Below, in pieces: positions 12,401-26,034 of a stretch of DNA of 64,000 bases. Each line of letters opens with the position of its first letter. The first letter of the stretch is position 1. Both the position numbers and the translations under genes were made by a program. Source of the stretch: Balanoglossus misakiensis (lineage: Eukaryota > Animalia > Hemichordata); the NCBI GenBank assembly GCA_040954595.2, contig CM082579.2, forward strand, positions 14,980,550 to 15,044,549, read 5' to 3'. Below the pieces are notes generated by a model. That model was given only the letters and a program-made list of their open reading frames with translations, was not told the DNA's origin and did no database searches.

Positions 12401-14670
12401 ATTAATTTTGAGTGTTTGGTGGGGTCAACCTTTGCGTCAACATTAACCAGAGCACACAGTAACCAGGCCGTAGTGGACAGTGTTCTGCCCATTAATTTTG
12501 AGTGTTTGGTGGGGTCAACCTTTGCGTCAACATTTACCAGAGCACACAGTAACCAGGCCGTAGTGGACAGTGTTCTGCCCATTAATTTTGAGTGTTTGGT
12601 GGGGTCAACCTTTGCGTCAACATTAACCAGAGCACACAGTAACCAGGCCGTAGTGGACAGTGTTCTGCCCATTAATTTTGAGTGTTTGGTGGGGTCAACC
12701 TTTGCGTCAACATTAACCAGAGCACACAGTAACCAGGCCATAGTGGACAGTGTGCTGCCCATTAATTTTGAGTGTTTGGTGGGGTCAACCTTTGCGTCAA
12801 CATTAACCAGAGCACACAGTAACCAGGCCATAGTGGACAGTGTTCTGCCCATTAATTTTGAGTGTTTGGTGGGGTCAACCTTTGCGTCAACATTAACCAG
12901 AGCACACAGTAACCAGGCCGTAGTGGACAGTGTTCTGCCCATTAATTTTGAGTGTTTGGTGGGGTCAACCTTTGCGTCAACATTAACCAGAGCACACAGT
13001 AACCAGGCCGTAGTGGACAGTGTTCTGCCCATTAATTTTGAGTGTTTGGTGGGGTCAACCTTTGCGTCAACATTAACCAGAGCACACAGTAACCAGGCCA
13101 TAGTGGACAGTGTTCTGCCCATTAATTTTGAGTGTTTGGTGGGGTCAACCTTTGCGTCAACATTAACCAGAGCACACAGTAACCAGGCCGTAGTGGACAG
13201 TGTTCTGCCCATTAATTTTGAGTGTTTGGTGGGGTCAACCTTTGCGTCAACATTAACCAGAGCACACAGTAACCAGGCCATAGTGGACAGTGTGCTGCCC
13301 ATTAATTTTGAGTGTTTGGTGGGGTCAACCTTTGCGTCAACATTAACCAGAGCACAGAGTAACCAGGCCATAGTGAACAGTGTTCTGCCCATTAATTTTG
13401 AGTGTTTGGTGGGGTCAACCTTTGCGTCAACATTAATCAGAGCACACAGTAACCAGGCCGTAGTGGACAGTGTTCTGCCCATTAATTTTGAGTGTTTGGT
13501 GGGGTCAACCTTTGCGTCAACATTAACCAGAGCACACAGTAACCAGGCCATAGTGGACAGTGTTCTGCCCATTAATTTTGAGTGTTTGGTGGGGTCAACC
13601 TTTGCGTCAACATTAACCAGAGCACACAGTAACCAGGCCGTAGTGGACAGTGTTCTTCCCATTAATTTTGAGTGTTTGGTGGGGTCAACCTTTGCGTCAA
13701 CATTAACTAGGCCAGAGTGGCCAGTATCGTGCCCATTAATTTTGAGTGTTTGGTGGGGTCAACCTTTGCGTCAACATTAACTAGGCCAGAGTGGCCAGTA
13801 TCGTGCCCATTATTTTTGAGTGTTTGGTGGGGTCAACCTTTGAGTCAACATTAACTAGGCCAGAGTGGCCAGTATCGTGCCCATTAATTTTGAGTGTTTG
13901 GTGGGGTCAACCTTTGCGTCAACATTAACTAGGCCAGAGTGGCCAGTATCGTGCCCATTAATTTTGAGTGTTTGGTGGGGGTCAACCTTTGCGTCAACAT
14001 TAACCAGAGCACACAGTAACCAGGCCATAGTGGACAGTGTGCTGCCCATTAATTTTGAGTGTTTGGTGGGGTCAACCTTAGCGTCAACATTAACCAGAGC
14101 ACACAGTAACCAGGCCATAGTGGACAGTGTTCTGCCCATTAATTTTGAGTGTTTGGTGGGGTCAACCTTTGCATCAACATTAACCAGAGCACACAGTAAC
14201 CAGGCCATAGTGGACAGTGTTCTGCCCATTAATTTTGAGTGTTTGGTGGGGTCAACCTTTGCATCAACATTAACCAGAGCACACAGTAACCAGGCCGTAG
14301 TGGACAGTGTACTGCCCATTAATTTTGAGTGTTTGGTGGTGTCAACCTTTGCGTCAACATTAACCAGAGCACACAGTAACCAGGCCATAGTGGACAGTAT
14401 GCTGCCCATTGATTTTGAGTGTTTGGTGGGGTCAACCTTTGCGTCAACATTAACTAGGCCAGAGTGGCCAGTATCGTGCCCATTAATTTTGAGTGTTTGG
14501 TGGGGTCAACCTTTGCGTCTACATTAACTAGGCCAGAGTGGCCAGTATGCTGCCTATTAATTTTGAGTGTTTGGTGGGGTCAACCTTTGCGTCAACATTA
14601 AGCAGGCCAGACAGTAACCAGGCCAGAGTGGACAGTATCCTGCCTATTAATTTTGAGTGATTTGTGGGTC
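6401..14670. repeat. tandem satellite, 90-bp unit with interspersed runs of a 74-bp variant (~90 units)
   Basis: unit aacattaaccagagcacacagtaaccaggccgtagtggacagtgttctgcccattaattttgagtgtttggtggggtcaacctttgcgtc; variant aacattaactaggccagagtggccagtatcgtgcccattaat...; highly homogeneous. Confidence 0.98.
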
Positions 14671-15616
14671 AATTTGATCAAATACTGCCTACCGCTGGCG
14701 CTGCATATTTGAAGAAATGTGAAAAGATGGCAAGACAGGTTTGGTAAATGTGGGCCCCCTAACTGAAGCAAAAGCACAAACTTAAAACAAAGATATGAAT
14801 TTGGAAGAGTTTTATTTAATACATATGAAAAATAATGAAGACTTATGCTTCAAAGTAAGTATCGACGGAGTCGAACCGCCAATGCTGCAATGGCATTATA
14901 CCCATAATACTTTTTTGCTTTTTGCATGAATTTCATTATTTTTCATATGCTGTGCAGCTAAAGTGTGGCTAGATGACTAACTGCTGATGTAAAATATCTT
15001 GCATACCAATTTGGAACAATTACCCCAAGTAGTGGTCAAACAGAAACAATGCTTGCATTCAATTTAAAACAAGGTGACAAAAGTGGTTGAAATGAAACAA
15101 TAAGCAAAAACAGTGTTTATCAAACTGAAATAATGTGGTCGAAATGAAACAATGAGCAAAAACAGTGTTTATCAAACTGAAATAATGTGCCAAAATAGCT
15201 CCTGTTGATATTGCACAAAATTAACTGTTGCATTCTACCCTTGAGTTAATTTTTATTTCCAGGCAATTATGTGCTTAATACTAAATATTATCTATGGGTA
15301 CAAACCATCAGTTTCTTAAGTGCAAATCGCAAGAAGCTCCCCCATACAATTTTAGTGTTTTTTTAAATCAAGCAAGATAATTACATACTGTGTGATAAAC
15401 TAACTAACTTTACGCGCCTGGGGACAGTTAAAAACCTCGAGCCAAATATAAAATGAGGAAAAACTGCCCCCTCCCCCGTTGTGAATTTTAAAAGGTTGGG
15501 GCTCAAACTAACCAGAATTGTCTTGCCGACTCCTATTTTTCTGTGTACATTTTGATGTATTGTTGTTACGCGAGATTGAGGATTCGTGTTGATGCGGGAA
15601 TTACGATGACGAAAGC

Positions 15617-15813
15617 AAAAAATCCATCGGCGAATCAAACGGGCACACGGCGAAATTCCATTACACGACGATCCAACTGCGATGAAGAACGCGAACGCGG
15701 GTAACGTTGTAAAAAATCCATCGGCGAATCAAACGGGCACACGGCGAAATTCCATTACATGACGAGCGACCTGCAATGAAGAACGCGAACGCGGGTAACG
15801 CTGCAAAAAATCC
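15617..15813. repeat. 94-bp tandem duplication, CpG-rich
   Basis: aaaaatccatcggcgaatcaaacgggcacacggcgaaattccattaca occurs at 15617 and 15711. Confidence 0.9.
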
Positions 15814-16240
15814 GCAGACAATTATTACACGAATGCATAGCAACAATTATTTTACCCAACCTGACACTAATAAATTACCCAATGATTTTAAATTTCTTAT
15901 TATTACACCCCAACTAATCATTATACCTTTGTAATATTATCACCGTTTATACACATCCCATAATGTTTATACCATCAAGTTAATACCATTTTATTATTAT
16001 TATACCACCAAAACCATGTGTTACCCATTTTTTTTATTATTACACCATTGATGTTAACACCTTTATATATTATACCGGTATTTACCCTCTGTACATGTAC
16101 AGTTTTTATTTACCACGTGGCATTACTCATGTTTTTATAGTATTTTAATTACTTATCATACCCTTGAAACCATAATATTATACCCTTGCAGACAGTTTTA
16201 TTATAGTACCCTTGTGCACAATGTCTTATTAGTCATCATA

Positions 16241-16412
16241 CACCAACCCTTCACCATTTCATTAGATTATACCATTTTTATTAGCCTAACCTGTTTATAC
16301 ACCAACCCTTCACCATTCCGTTAGATTATACCATTTTTTATTACCCTAACATATTCATTCACCAACCCTTTACCATTCCCTCAGATTAAACCATTTTTAT
16401 TAGCCTAACCTA
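16241..16412. repeat. ~59-bp minisatellite, 3 copies
   Basis: caccaacccttcaccatt(t/c)c..tagattataccatttttattagcctaac repeated three times. Confidence 0.85.
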
Positions 16413-16598
16413 TTGACAGCATCCCTCTGGTTTTGATATTGTTATCTGGTGCGGCGTTGTTGTAGATATTGATTAGACTCCCTCCGGCGATGATAATACC
16501 AATGAACCTATTGAAAAAAAAGAATGAATATTATTAATTAGATCAGATCAACAAATCATGGCGTCGTTCATCCCTCTGGTCACAGGAGCATCATCTGG

Positions 16599-17225
16599 CG
16601 TCGTTACAGGTTTAAGTTCATCCCTCCAGTACAGTATAAGGTGGCGGCGTCGTTACAAGTATTAAGTTCATCTCTCCAGTACAGTATTAGGTGGCGGCGT
16701 CGTTACAAGTATTAACTTCATCTCTCCAGTACAGTATTAGGTGGCGGCGTCGTTACAAGTATTAACTTCATCTCTCCAGTACAGTATTAGGTGGCGGCGT
16801 CGTTACAAGTATTAACTTCATCTCTCCAGTACAGTATTAGGTGGCGGCGTCGTTACAAGTATTAACTTCATCTCTCCAGTACAGTATTAGGTGGCGGCGT
16901 CGTTACAAGTATTAACTTCATCTCTCCAGTACAGTATTAGGTGGCGGCGTCGTTACAAGTATTAAGTTCATCTCTCCAGTACAGTATTAGGTGGCGGCGT
17001 CGTTACAAGTATTAACTTCATCACTCCAGTACAGTATTAGGTGGCGGCGTCGTTACAAGTATTAACTTCATCTCTCCAGTACAGTATTAGGTGGCGGCGT
17101 CGTTACAAGTATTAACTTCATCTCTCCAGTACAGTATTAGGTGGCGGCGTCGTTACAAGTTTAAGTTCATACCTCCAGTACAGTATTAGGTGGCGACGTC
17201 GTTACAAATATTACACTCCCTCCAG
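16599..17225. repeat. 50-bp minisatellite, ~12 copies
   Basis: unit cgtcgttacaagtattaacttcatctctccagtacagtattaggtggcgg. Confidence 0.97.
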
Positions 17226-17989
17226 CAGCAGTGTTACCAAAGAACCTAATGTAAAAAAAGAATGAAATTATTTTAATAATCTGATTAGGTCAAGTCATCA
17301 TATTGATAAAGAAAACGACAAGAAGAAATCATTTAAAAATTAACGCTGCCAGCACCATTGGTTGGGCCCAAACGGTTCCCATGGTTACCATGGTATGCCA
17401 AGGCTGTATTCTGCTGTGAATACCAAGATATATGAAAGCTGGTCAAAGGTTACCCCAGGGTCATTGAAAATCGCAAAAAATAGCGTCAAGGACACTGTGG
17501 TCTCATTTAGTGATTACACTAGAAAAAGTCTACACAGGAGTACAGACAGACAGACACACACATAGAGAGGCAATAAAATATGATGCCCCCCCCCCAGCCC
17601 CGAAAACATCTTGATCTTATGTATGCTGGCCTGGTACAATAGACAAACCAGCCAATTAATGAAAATTTTGTACAAATACAGAGCTCAAAGTTGCATTTTA
17701 GTGAGCCCAAAAGCAAATTAACTCAATGTTACGACAAATTTTACTTTTGCCACTCAAAGTTTGCATCGGTGGGGTGGGATGGCAAGTACTCTTCCCTGAT
17801 ACAATAGACAAACCAGCCAATAAATGAAATGAGGTGAAGAATGAAGGTGAATAATGAATAACTTTATTTGATTCCATTATCTAAACAAACACATCCAATT
17901 AACTTCCTACTCAAATTTCAAAGTAATCAGTCATAGGTTTTGTAAATCATCATGAGAAATCACCCTGAAACCAAATCAAATCAAAAATC

Positions 17990-18285
17990 ATATAAGCCTA
18001 GTCGGGCTCTGCGCTCCAGCTCAAGGAACCAGTTGTGTGTACCAAAGTACAGACTCAAAACATATGGTGGATGTGCCTTTTCCCTTGTCGCGCCACAACT
18101 TTGGAATTCTCTGCCATCTGACATTCAACAGGCTTCTAGTCTCAACATTTTCAAACAAAAACTCAAGACATTTCTATTTGTCAAAGCCTACGAACACTGA
18201 TGTTATACTTTCAGCGCCTTTGGAAATAACATTGTTATTGATTCTGGCGCTTTATAAATGTTTGTTTTGATTTGATTTGATTTGA
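17990..18285 (+). mobile_element. 5'-truncated L2-clade LINE, 3' end
   Basis: encodes YKPSRALRSSSRNQLCVPKYRLKTYGGCAFSLVAPQLWNSLPSDIQQASSLNIFKQKLKTFLF; 3' UTR agcgcc..ggcgct stem and (ATTTG)n tail; the host repeat is uninterrupted in its copy at about 19370. Confidence 0.88.
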
Positions 18286-20117
18286 TCCCCCAAAAATATA
18301 CTATTCAATTCATCAAGTTGATTTGAAAAACATACATGCAAATCTTACTTGAGCTACCCCTAACATGACTAACAAATTTTAAAGCAATGGAACAAGCGGT
18401 TTTAGAGAAAAAAAATTAATTAAACAAGGCTGAAATTGCTCCAAAATTATCAATATGCAAATTTTGCAACATTTCAACAAAAGTATTGTAACTCATATCA
18501 CCTACATGAAGCTTCATACTAAAATTTTTTACCACAAATGAGGAAAAAGGCAAAAAATGCATAAAATAGAACATTCAAACTATTAGTTCAAAAAATACAG
18601 GATTGTATGTGGTTGACATAAGGTACTTGCATACCAATTGTTAAATCAATCTGTAAATTATCATGAGAACAAACCCTGAAACCTTCAAATCAAATTTCAA
18701 AGCAGTGGGGGTAAAGGGGGCACAGTACGATATTTTACCCACAACTCTCCATGATTTGTATCATCGAGATTGTCCATTTAATTACTTTCTGTTTTAGATA
18801 CTAACAATGATATGAAGTACATATAACTGTATTAAGATTTATCTAGAAAAAGTATGTTGAGGAATTAGAGTGAAAATTTCAAAATCAAGATTTAAAAGCC
18901 ATAGAAATCAAAGTATTCATTCATGTACGTCAAATGTCACACTTAGGAGGAAAGAAGCAATGACTAACTGAGGTGGCCAGTCTCTGTTGAAAGTTAACAT
19001 GTAAATTTCCATTGTTCTGTCTATAGAAAAAAATCAATATCGTTTTGTTTGATTAAACAAGTGTTTCAAGTGTCCCTGTTTTACTTCAAACTTTTTTGTA
19101 TCGGCTGGCTATGCAATTGCTTATTTTATAAAATTTGTATCTCCTCTTTCAATAATGCATGATTTTGTTTATCATTTGAAATGGTAATTGACAATAAGAT
19201 TCGCCTTTAAAGCATGCTCTCAAAATTTGTATTAGTGGTCTACAATTTTCTCTACACATGTGAACTTTGCCTGGTTTGACCGAGTAATCTCTGGTTGTAC
19301 AAACCAGAGTGATTCATGGGATATTTCACGTACTGTGGGGGGTTCTGAGAAGAGTTTTGACCAACAATGGCAAAAATCATCCGAAAAATAAACTATTCAA
19401 TTCATCAAGTTGATTTGAAAAACATACATGCAAATCTTACTCGGGCTACCCCTAATATGACTAACAAATTTCAAAGCAATGTAACAACCGGTTTAAAACA
19501 AAAATTCAAAAACGGCCGAAATTGCTCCAAAATTATGAATATGCAAATTTTGCAACATTTTAACAAAAGTATGCTAACTCATATCACCTATATGAAGCTT
19601 CATACTAAATTTCAAAGAAGTCGTCTCATCAATTTTAGAAAAGTAGATGTTTTACCAAAAATGAGGAAAAAGGCAAAAAATGCATAAAAATAGAACATTC
19701 AAACTATTCAAAATACAGGACTGTATGTGGTTGACATAAGGTACTTGCATACCAATTGTCAAATCAATCTGACCAGTGGTTTTGACCAATTTCAAATTTT
19801 CCCAGCTAATTTGCATTTATTTAACAATTTCAACTGAATATGGCTGCCAGGTCAAATGACTGATTTGAATTTCAAGGTGCACACTCATTGGCAAGGACAA
19901 CTGTGACAAATTCAAGAAGCATAGGTGTGGCAGGTTTTCAGAGCAAGGTGTAAAAAATATCCAGGGAATGGGGCCCAAGCTCCTAAAAACCCAGCACAAT
20001 ACCAATAGGGACTCATATTACTAACAAAGTGTAAGCCTGTAATAAGTCAAAAGCTGCACATCTTTTTACCACCTCGTGCCAGTACTAAGCAATAAGACTT
20101 TTTATAGAGTTGTTTAA

Positions 20118-20850
20118 GGTGGCACTGCATGAAACCGTCGAGACTTTTTCAGAGGCCTATTTCTCATCAAAGACAAAGTTTAAACCCCCATAAACCATAT
20201 ATATTCTGGAAGCTGAGATTTTGAACTTTTGTTTGAGTTGCAAATATTATTGATCCCCGGAAATGGTGGCGATTTTGGGCGAAAAAAACCATTTTTTGAT
20301 ATTATGTCATGAAATTTAAAATAGGTAAAAAAGTTGACCATGCATCATGCATCTTAATATGTCATTCGAAACTAAAGTACACGTGCAAAAAAACGCTAAT
20401 TTTGTTTTGCGTTATCTGCTTCCATTGAGGAGTAACAGCGTTTGAAAGTTAGATTTTCTGAAAATTTGATCAAATTCACGGTGAGTTGTATTGAATCAGA
20501 GTTTATTCCCGCCAGGGACACTTTATCGACATACAAAACTAGCGTTTTGTTGGATGGGTCATACACAATTCCCTGTCAAAATTTGAGCAAATTCGGCCAA
20601 TGCAGGGCGAAGCTATTTTAGTCCGAAGTTGTCAAAAGCAGCGAAAATGCAAACCGAGAAAAACGGCCATTTGCATTGTTGACACCTATTTGTTAAGCTG
20701 TGAACTCATTCAGAAAAGTGCTATTTGGGGGTGATTGTGCACCATTTCCGCCAAGACGTATTAGTCAGGATGTGGGTGAGTATTAGGCCTACCGATTTAT
20801 GTAAAAAAGTAAAATTTGGCAAAAATCACAACTTTTCATGCAATGCCACC
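20118..20850. mobile_element. Kolobok-like non-autonomous DNA transposon with TTAA TSD
   Basis: ttaa|ggtggcactgcatgaaa ... tttcatgcaatgccacc|ttaa. Confidence 0.85.
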
Positions 20851-22189
20851 TTAATTGTCTCTGCTGATGCCAGAGATTGAAAAAGAATCCTACAAGTTAG
20901 GATTTTCAGAAACAATGATAGCTATTTCCATTACTGTTTGTAAACAAAAATGTGATGTTCACCGCCTTGTTTTCAGAAAAGTATTTACATAAATGTTTTT
21001 CCATAGAGTTAACACAGACATTGGCAGCCATCTTGAATTTCAAAAACTGCAACAATATCTCCAATGCAACAAATCTGCAAATTGTACTATTTGACACCTG
21101 ACTTAGGTCAAGGGGTTTCAGAGATGATGACTACTCTTCAGACTCAGACAAAATAATAATGCAATATTCAGCGGAATTTCAAAAGCATTGACTAAGATCA
21201 CCAAGGGACAATTCATACCAAAGATCAAAACAATTAGACGTACCTATTTTAAAGATCATTATGAAAACTTTACAGATTCGGTTATAATGTAAATAAAAGT
21301 AGATCACCCCTGTGGACATGGCAATCACACATGCATATTCTGACAAGATTTTTTGTTTGTACAAAAAGGCAACTGTCTCCAAAATACAAAATTACAGATT
21401 ATGTCACATACCTCAGGGAGATCAATACTAAATTTCAGAGAAAATTTCCCCCCAAATATGCAAATTTCACCATATTTTGAAGAAACAACTTGTGTCATAC
21501 CTAGAAACCTGCATAGTCAAAGTAATCTACGAGCTTAGCTTTTTTCTTCCAAAAACAGCAAAAAACTTGTTCCAAACTACAAATATGCAGAATTCAACAC
21601 AATTTGAACACACATTACTTCGCCACCCCAAGAAACCTGCACACCAATTTTAAAAGCACTTGCGCCAGTGATTTCAGAAAAGAAAAATGTTGACAGACAT
21701 AGGATGACTGAACATCTATCTACCTGTCAGATAACTTTTGCAGTGCTGAGAGCAGAGCTAGAGATTGGTGATGTCTTTTTACATTTTAAATCATCACACT
21801 TTGCTACTCAAAGCTACTATTCTGCTATGCTTGAGAAATGACTTGGGACCATTTTTGGCAAACAATAGTCACTAATCTTCCTCAGTTTATAGTACAATGT
21901 ACCTACACTGTTTTAGTAATGTACTGAAAATGTTCAGACTATTTCTTGTGTCTGCATATGTCTTTAGTACAGAAGAATAATCTATCCGGTTGTCATTTCT
22001 CTGTTTATTCAGAAATAAACTAGTCTGGGTTGCAACAGTAAACATTTTAAAATATTCATACCATTTCTGAAGGATGTTCAAAACCAATACCTATGTGAAG
22101 CATTATATCAAATTTGCTGGGTAACTGTGGATTTATAACTTTTGCTAATTACAGTGCTAACTCACACTGGATGATTCGACGGTAATTTT

Positions 22190-25100
22190 AGATTCATATG
22201 AAGATTTTTTACCAATAATGTTGAAAAATACAAACAAATGCATCAAAAATAGAAAATCAAAATTAGCTCAAAACATACAGGACTGTATGAGGTAGGCATA
22301 AGGTACTTGCATACCAATTTCCAAATCAATCTGACCAGCAGTTGTTGAATTTTGCGAGTTTTGACCAATTTCACATTTTCCAGCTAATTTGCATATATTT
22401 GGTAATGACATTTTCATGTTAACAAACTCCAATCTACAGCCCAGCCTGCATCTGCACACCAAATATCGAGGTGATATGCACAACGGTTTTGAAGTTTTAG
22501 ATGTGGACGGACATACAGACATACATCCATACAAACAGACAGACATACTGTAAAACACTTTATTTTCGCGAGCAATTAATTTTCGCCAAATACGCGAGAG
22601 CCAAAATAACGTGAAAATAAAAAGTCGCGTAAATTGTTTTTGAAGATAACGATGCAGTGAATGAAATAAGAGAACGCGAAAATTAATACTCGCGAAACAG
22701 TGGCCTCTCTCTCGATATCGCGAAAAATTTAACTCGCGAAAATACAGTACATCCATACATAAATACAGACGCAACTGATTCCATAAGGCCCATGGTACAT
22801 ACCATATGGGACCTAAAAACTGCAGAAGCTACACAAAACATTAATACTGAAAACATGGCAAACAGTTGTTGCTAACAGGGTTTTAAATCTCCCTTATAGA
22901 TATTTTTGAACTCCCAATTTATGATTATTGACTGTTTGATTGATTAGTTGTTGCACAAATGATAGTATTATCAAAGTAAATAATATCTGTGAGAAATTTC
23001 TTTTCATATTTATTTGAATATGGATAGGGTAAGATGGGGGTTAAACAAAACTACATTTGTTCAAAAGTGGCAAAAACACAAATATGCAAAAATCACTATA
23101 ATTGTACACCATCTTACTTAAATCACTACAAGGAACATTCCTGTCAAAGTTCAAAGCAATCTGACAAGCGCTTTCAGACACAGCGAATTTGATAACCATC
23201 TACAAATATATTTTTATTTTTTAAACAATTCTTTTACAACACCTTACTTGGGTTACCCCCCTAGGAATCTGCATTCTGAGCAAAAATTACAAAATTGCTC
23301 AAAATTATAAATATACCAATTTCACAACAATTTGCAATTTGAACAAAAACTATGGCTTTCAGAAAGGAAGATTTTTCTTTACCAATAATGCAGTAAAAGA
23401 CAAAACAATAAAAATAGAAAATTCATAATATTAGCTCAAAACAAAACATACAGGACTGTATGGCATTTATTGACATTTATAAGAATATGGACAGGGTATG
23501 ATAGGGGGGGGGGGAATTATAAATTCCAAGGGGGTCATCAATTTTTTGTCATAGCTTTTTGGGGCCATAGAAAAAATAACCTAAAAAGTAGGAAATCCTA
23601 CGTCCCCCTAAGCTTTCATTCTGGCCAACAACTTTTTATGAAGGCTTCTGCAGTTGTTAAAAACAGATTGCCTGCTATGTTAGACTATCAATCTATAGAG
23701 GGGATGAAAAATGTCCTTTTGTCAAGTGTCTGGATTTTGATAACTTCAACAGGTAAAAATATATTTGTAGATGTTTATCAAATTCGCTATGTCTGAAACA
23801 GTATGCTTGCAAATGTATTAATATAGTCAGATAATATGAATAGTGAAGATAGCAAAACAAACAGGTTTATGCTTATAGCCATAACTTCTATTAGTGATGT
23901 ACATGTTGTACTTAGCAAATAATTGTTATGATCAACTTGGTTTTTATTGCACAAGATCTTTTTATTGCATCCATGTTTCGTTTCATTCTGGATAATAGTC
24001 TGTCTAAATAAGTTAACAGGCTTGATGAGGGTTATTTTAAACAGTGTTCTCAAAAAACCTGCAATGTCATGCCCTATATTTATAAAGTTGAGGAGAGGTT
24101 GTATTCCTAGCAGGATGTTGTAATCATTGGAGGACAAACCCTGCCAGTACCAAAAGTTGCTGGGTGTTATAAATGTTTGAGTAACCCCCCCCCCCCCCTT
24201 CCCCAATTACACAATATATACTAAAACATTTTTACAACATCTTACTCAGTTTACCCTTAGGAATATGCCTACCAAATCAATCTGGCATGCAGTTTTAAAG
24301 AAAAAAAAATGACCAAAAGTGGCAAAAATTGCTCAAAATTAAAATATGCAAATTTTTCAACAATTTGAACAAAACTTTGGTTACTCAGACAACCATTAGA
24401 AGCTTCATACTAAAATTCAAAGAATGAGGCCTATAACTTTAAGAAATGATGATTTCTTTACCAATAATGTGGAATAATACAAAAAATGCATAAAAGATTT
24501 TTGGCATAAAAAATTAAAAATCGATCATATTAGCTCAAAACATACAGGACTGTTTGAGGTAGACATAAGGTACATGCATACTGATTTTCAAATGAATGTG
24601 ACCAGTGGTTGTTGAGTTTGAGTTTTGACCAATTTCACATTTTCCTAGCTAATTTGCATATTTTTGGCAATGACAGCTTCATTTGAACAAACTCCAATCT
24701 TCAGCCTGGCCTGCATCTACACACCAAATATCGAGGTCATATGCCCAGCGGTTTTCAAGTTTGTGATGTGGACGGACATACAGACATACATACATACATC
24801 CACCGATATCATAAGGTCCCATGGTAAAGCAAATGGGACCTTACAAAACTATGATAACTCAGATCACCTATGAAGCTTCATACTAAATTTCAAATAAGTC
24901 AGCTGATCAATTCCAGAAAAGCAGATTTTCTACCGATAATGTGGAAAGAGACAAAAAATACATAAAAAATCGAAAATTCACATTAGCTCACAACATATAG
25001 AACTGTGTGAGGTTAACATAACTTACAGGAATACCAATTTTCAATTTTGAAAGCAATTTGCTCAGTAGTTGTCGAGTTCCCGAGTTTGGACGAATTTGAC

Positions 25101-25340
25101 ACTTTCCCAGCTAATTTGCATATTTTGGCAATGACAACTTCATTTTGACAACTCCCACTTAATGCCCTGCCTGCATCTCCACACTAAATATCAAGGTCAC
25201 ATGCCAGTGGTTTCCAAGTGTTTGATATTGATAGACATACAGACAAACATCCATACAGACATCCATATATACAGGTGCAACTGATCCCATAAGGTCCCAT
25301 GGTATAAATACATATACCTGCACCAAATGGGACCTAATAA
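22190..25340 (-). mobile_element. cluster of Helentron/HINE-like elements with internal tandem repeats
   Basis: repeated modules ending in (ACAG/ACAT)n microsatellite, then cataaggtcccatggta..atgggacctaaaaa hairpin at about 22820, 24840 and 25340; the same family occurs at 18.3-19.8, 29.1-30.0 and 31.2-32.5 kb; boundaries approximate. Confidence 0.6.
22548..22747. mobile_element. TA-flanked MITE nested in a HINE microsatellite
   Basis: cata|ctgtaaaacactttattttcgcgag ... cgcgaaaatacag|tacat; same family as 1626-1832. Confidence 0.8.
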
Positions 25341-26034
25341 TTCTGATAAAATGCCTACATAGTAAGTTTAAAAACCAATTGTACCTTCAACGTCCTTGGA
25401 CAACAATGGCTAATATTACTTGCCAAGGGCGACTAGAATTTTGGGGGCCTGATGCAATTCTGATACATGTACTTCATGATTTAGAGATATTGTGAAAATC
25501 CTGTCAACCGAATTACAGGGAAATCAGATTTTCCATGTAAAATCATATCACCCAAAAATGTCAAGTGTCGAAAATAATTTTGAAACAAAAAGTCTACTCA
25601 AAATCATACCAAAATTTAAATTTTAAAGCAGTACGTTAGGCAAGCAATTTGAGAATGAAGAAACTTACAAAAAAATTATAAATTGAAAATAACTTACAAA
25701 TGCCGTACACAAACTTACAATCACTACCATATTACTGTACAAGTTAAAAGGACATTGTACCAGCAGAGACATTGCGATCGAGCAATCCCCAAGATATACA
25801 TGACATGGTCTAATTACAAATATTGAATATGTAAAATAGGTACACAACACTTCCATTCTTTCAGTACAGTCAGCTGCTTGTTAACAATAGGCATGTAGCT
25901 ATTTCATCAAATTTACAGCCCAAGTCATGCCTATACAATTCTCCCTTAAGCTACCCTAAGTGAGTGATGAAAATCTCATATGGTCGACAATTGATGGCCG
26001 ATTTTTGCCATGTTAAAGAAATGGGAGTTCATAA

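Noticed and set aside
8878-13780. 1594-aa and 1630-aa ORFs on opposite strands, plus the smaller ORFs at 6.4-14.5 kb
   Set aside because: They are translations of a 90-bp satellite (a multiple of 3) that is broken by 74-bp units. There are no splice signals, domains or synonymous-site bias.
14855-14885. tRNA B-box-like ggttcgactcc on the minus strand
   Set aside because: No cloverleaf or A-box could be built around it; at most a SINE/tRNA remnant.
6401-17225. CRISPR-like appearance of the regular repeats
   Set aside because: The units are head-to-tail with no unique spacers, the context is eukaryotic, and there are no cas genes.
19367-19687. 106-aa ORF and similar ORFs at 21-33 kb and 38-42 kb
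   Set aside because: They lie inside AT-rich interspersed repeats whose other copies do not keep the frame.
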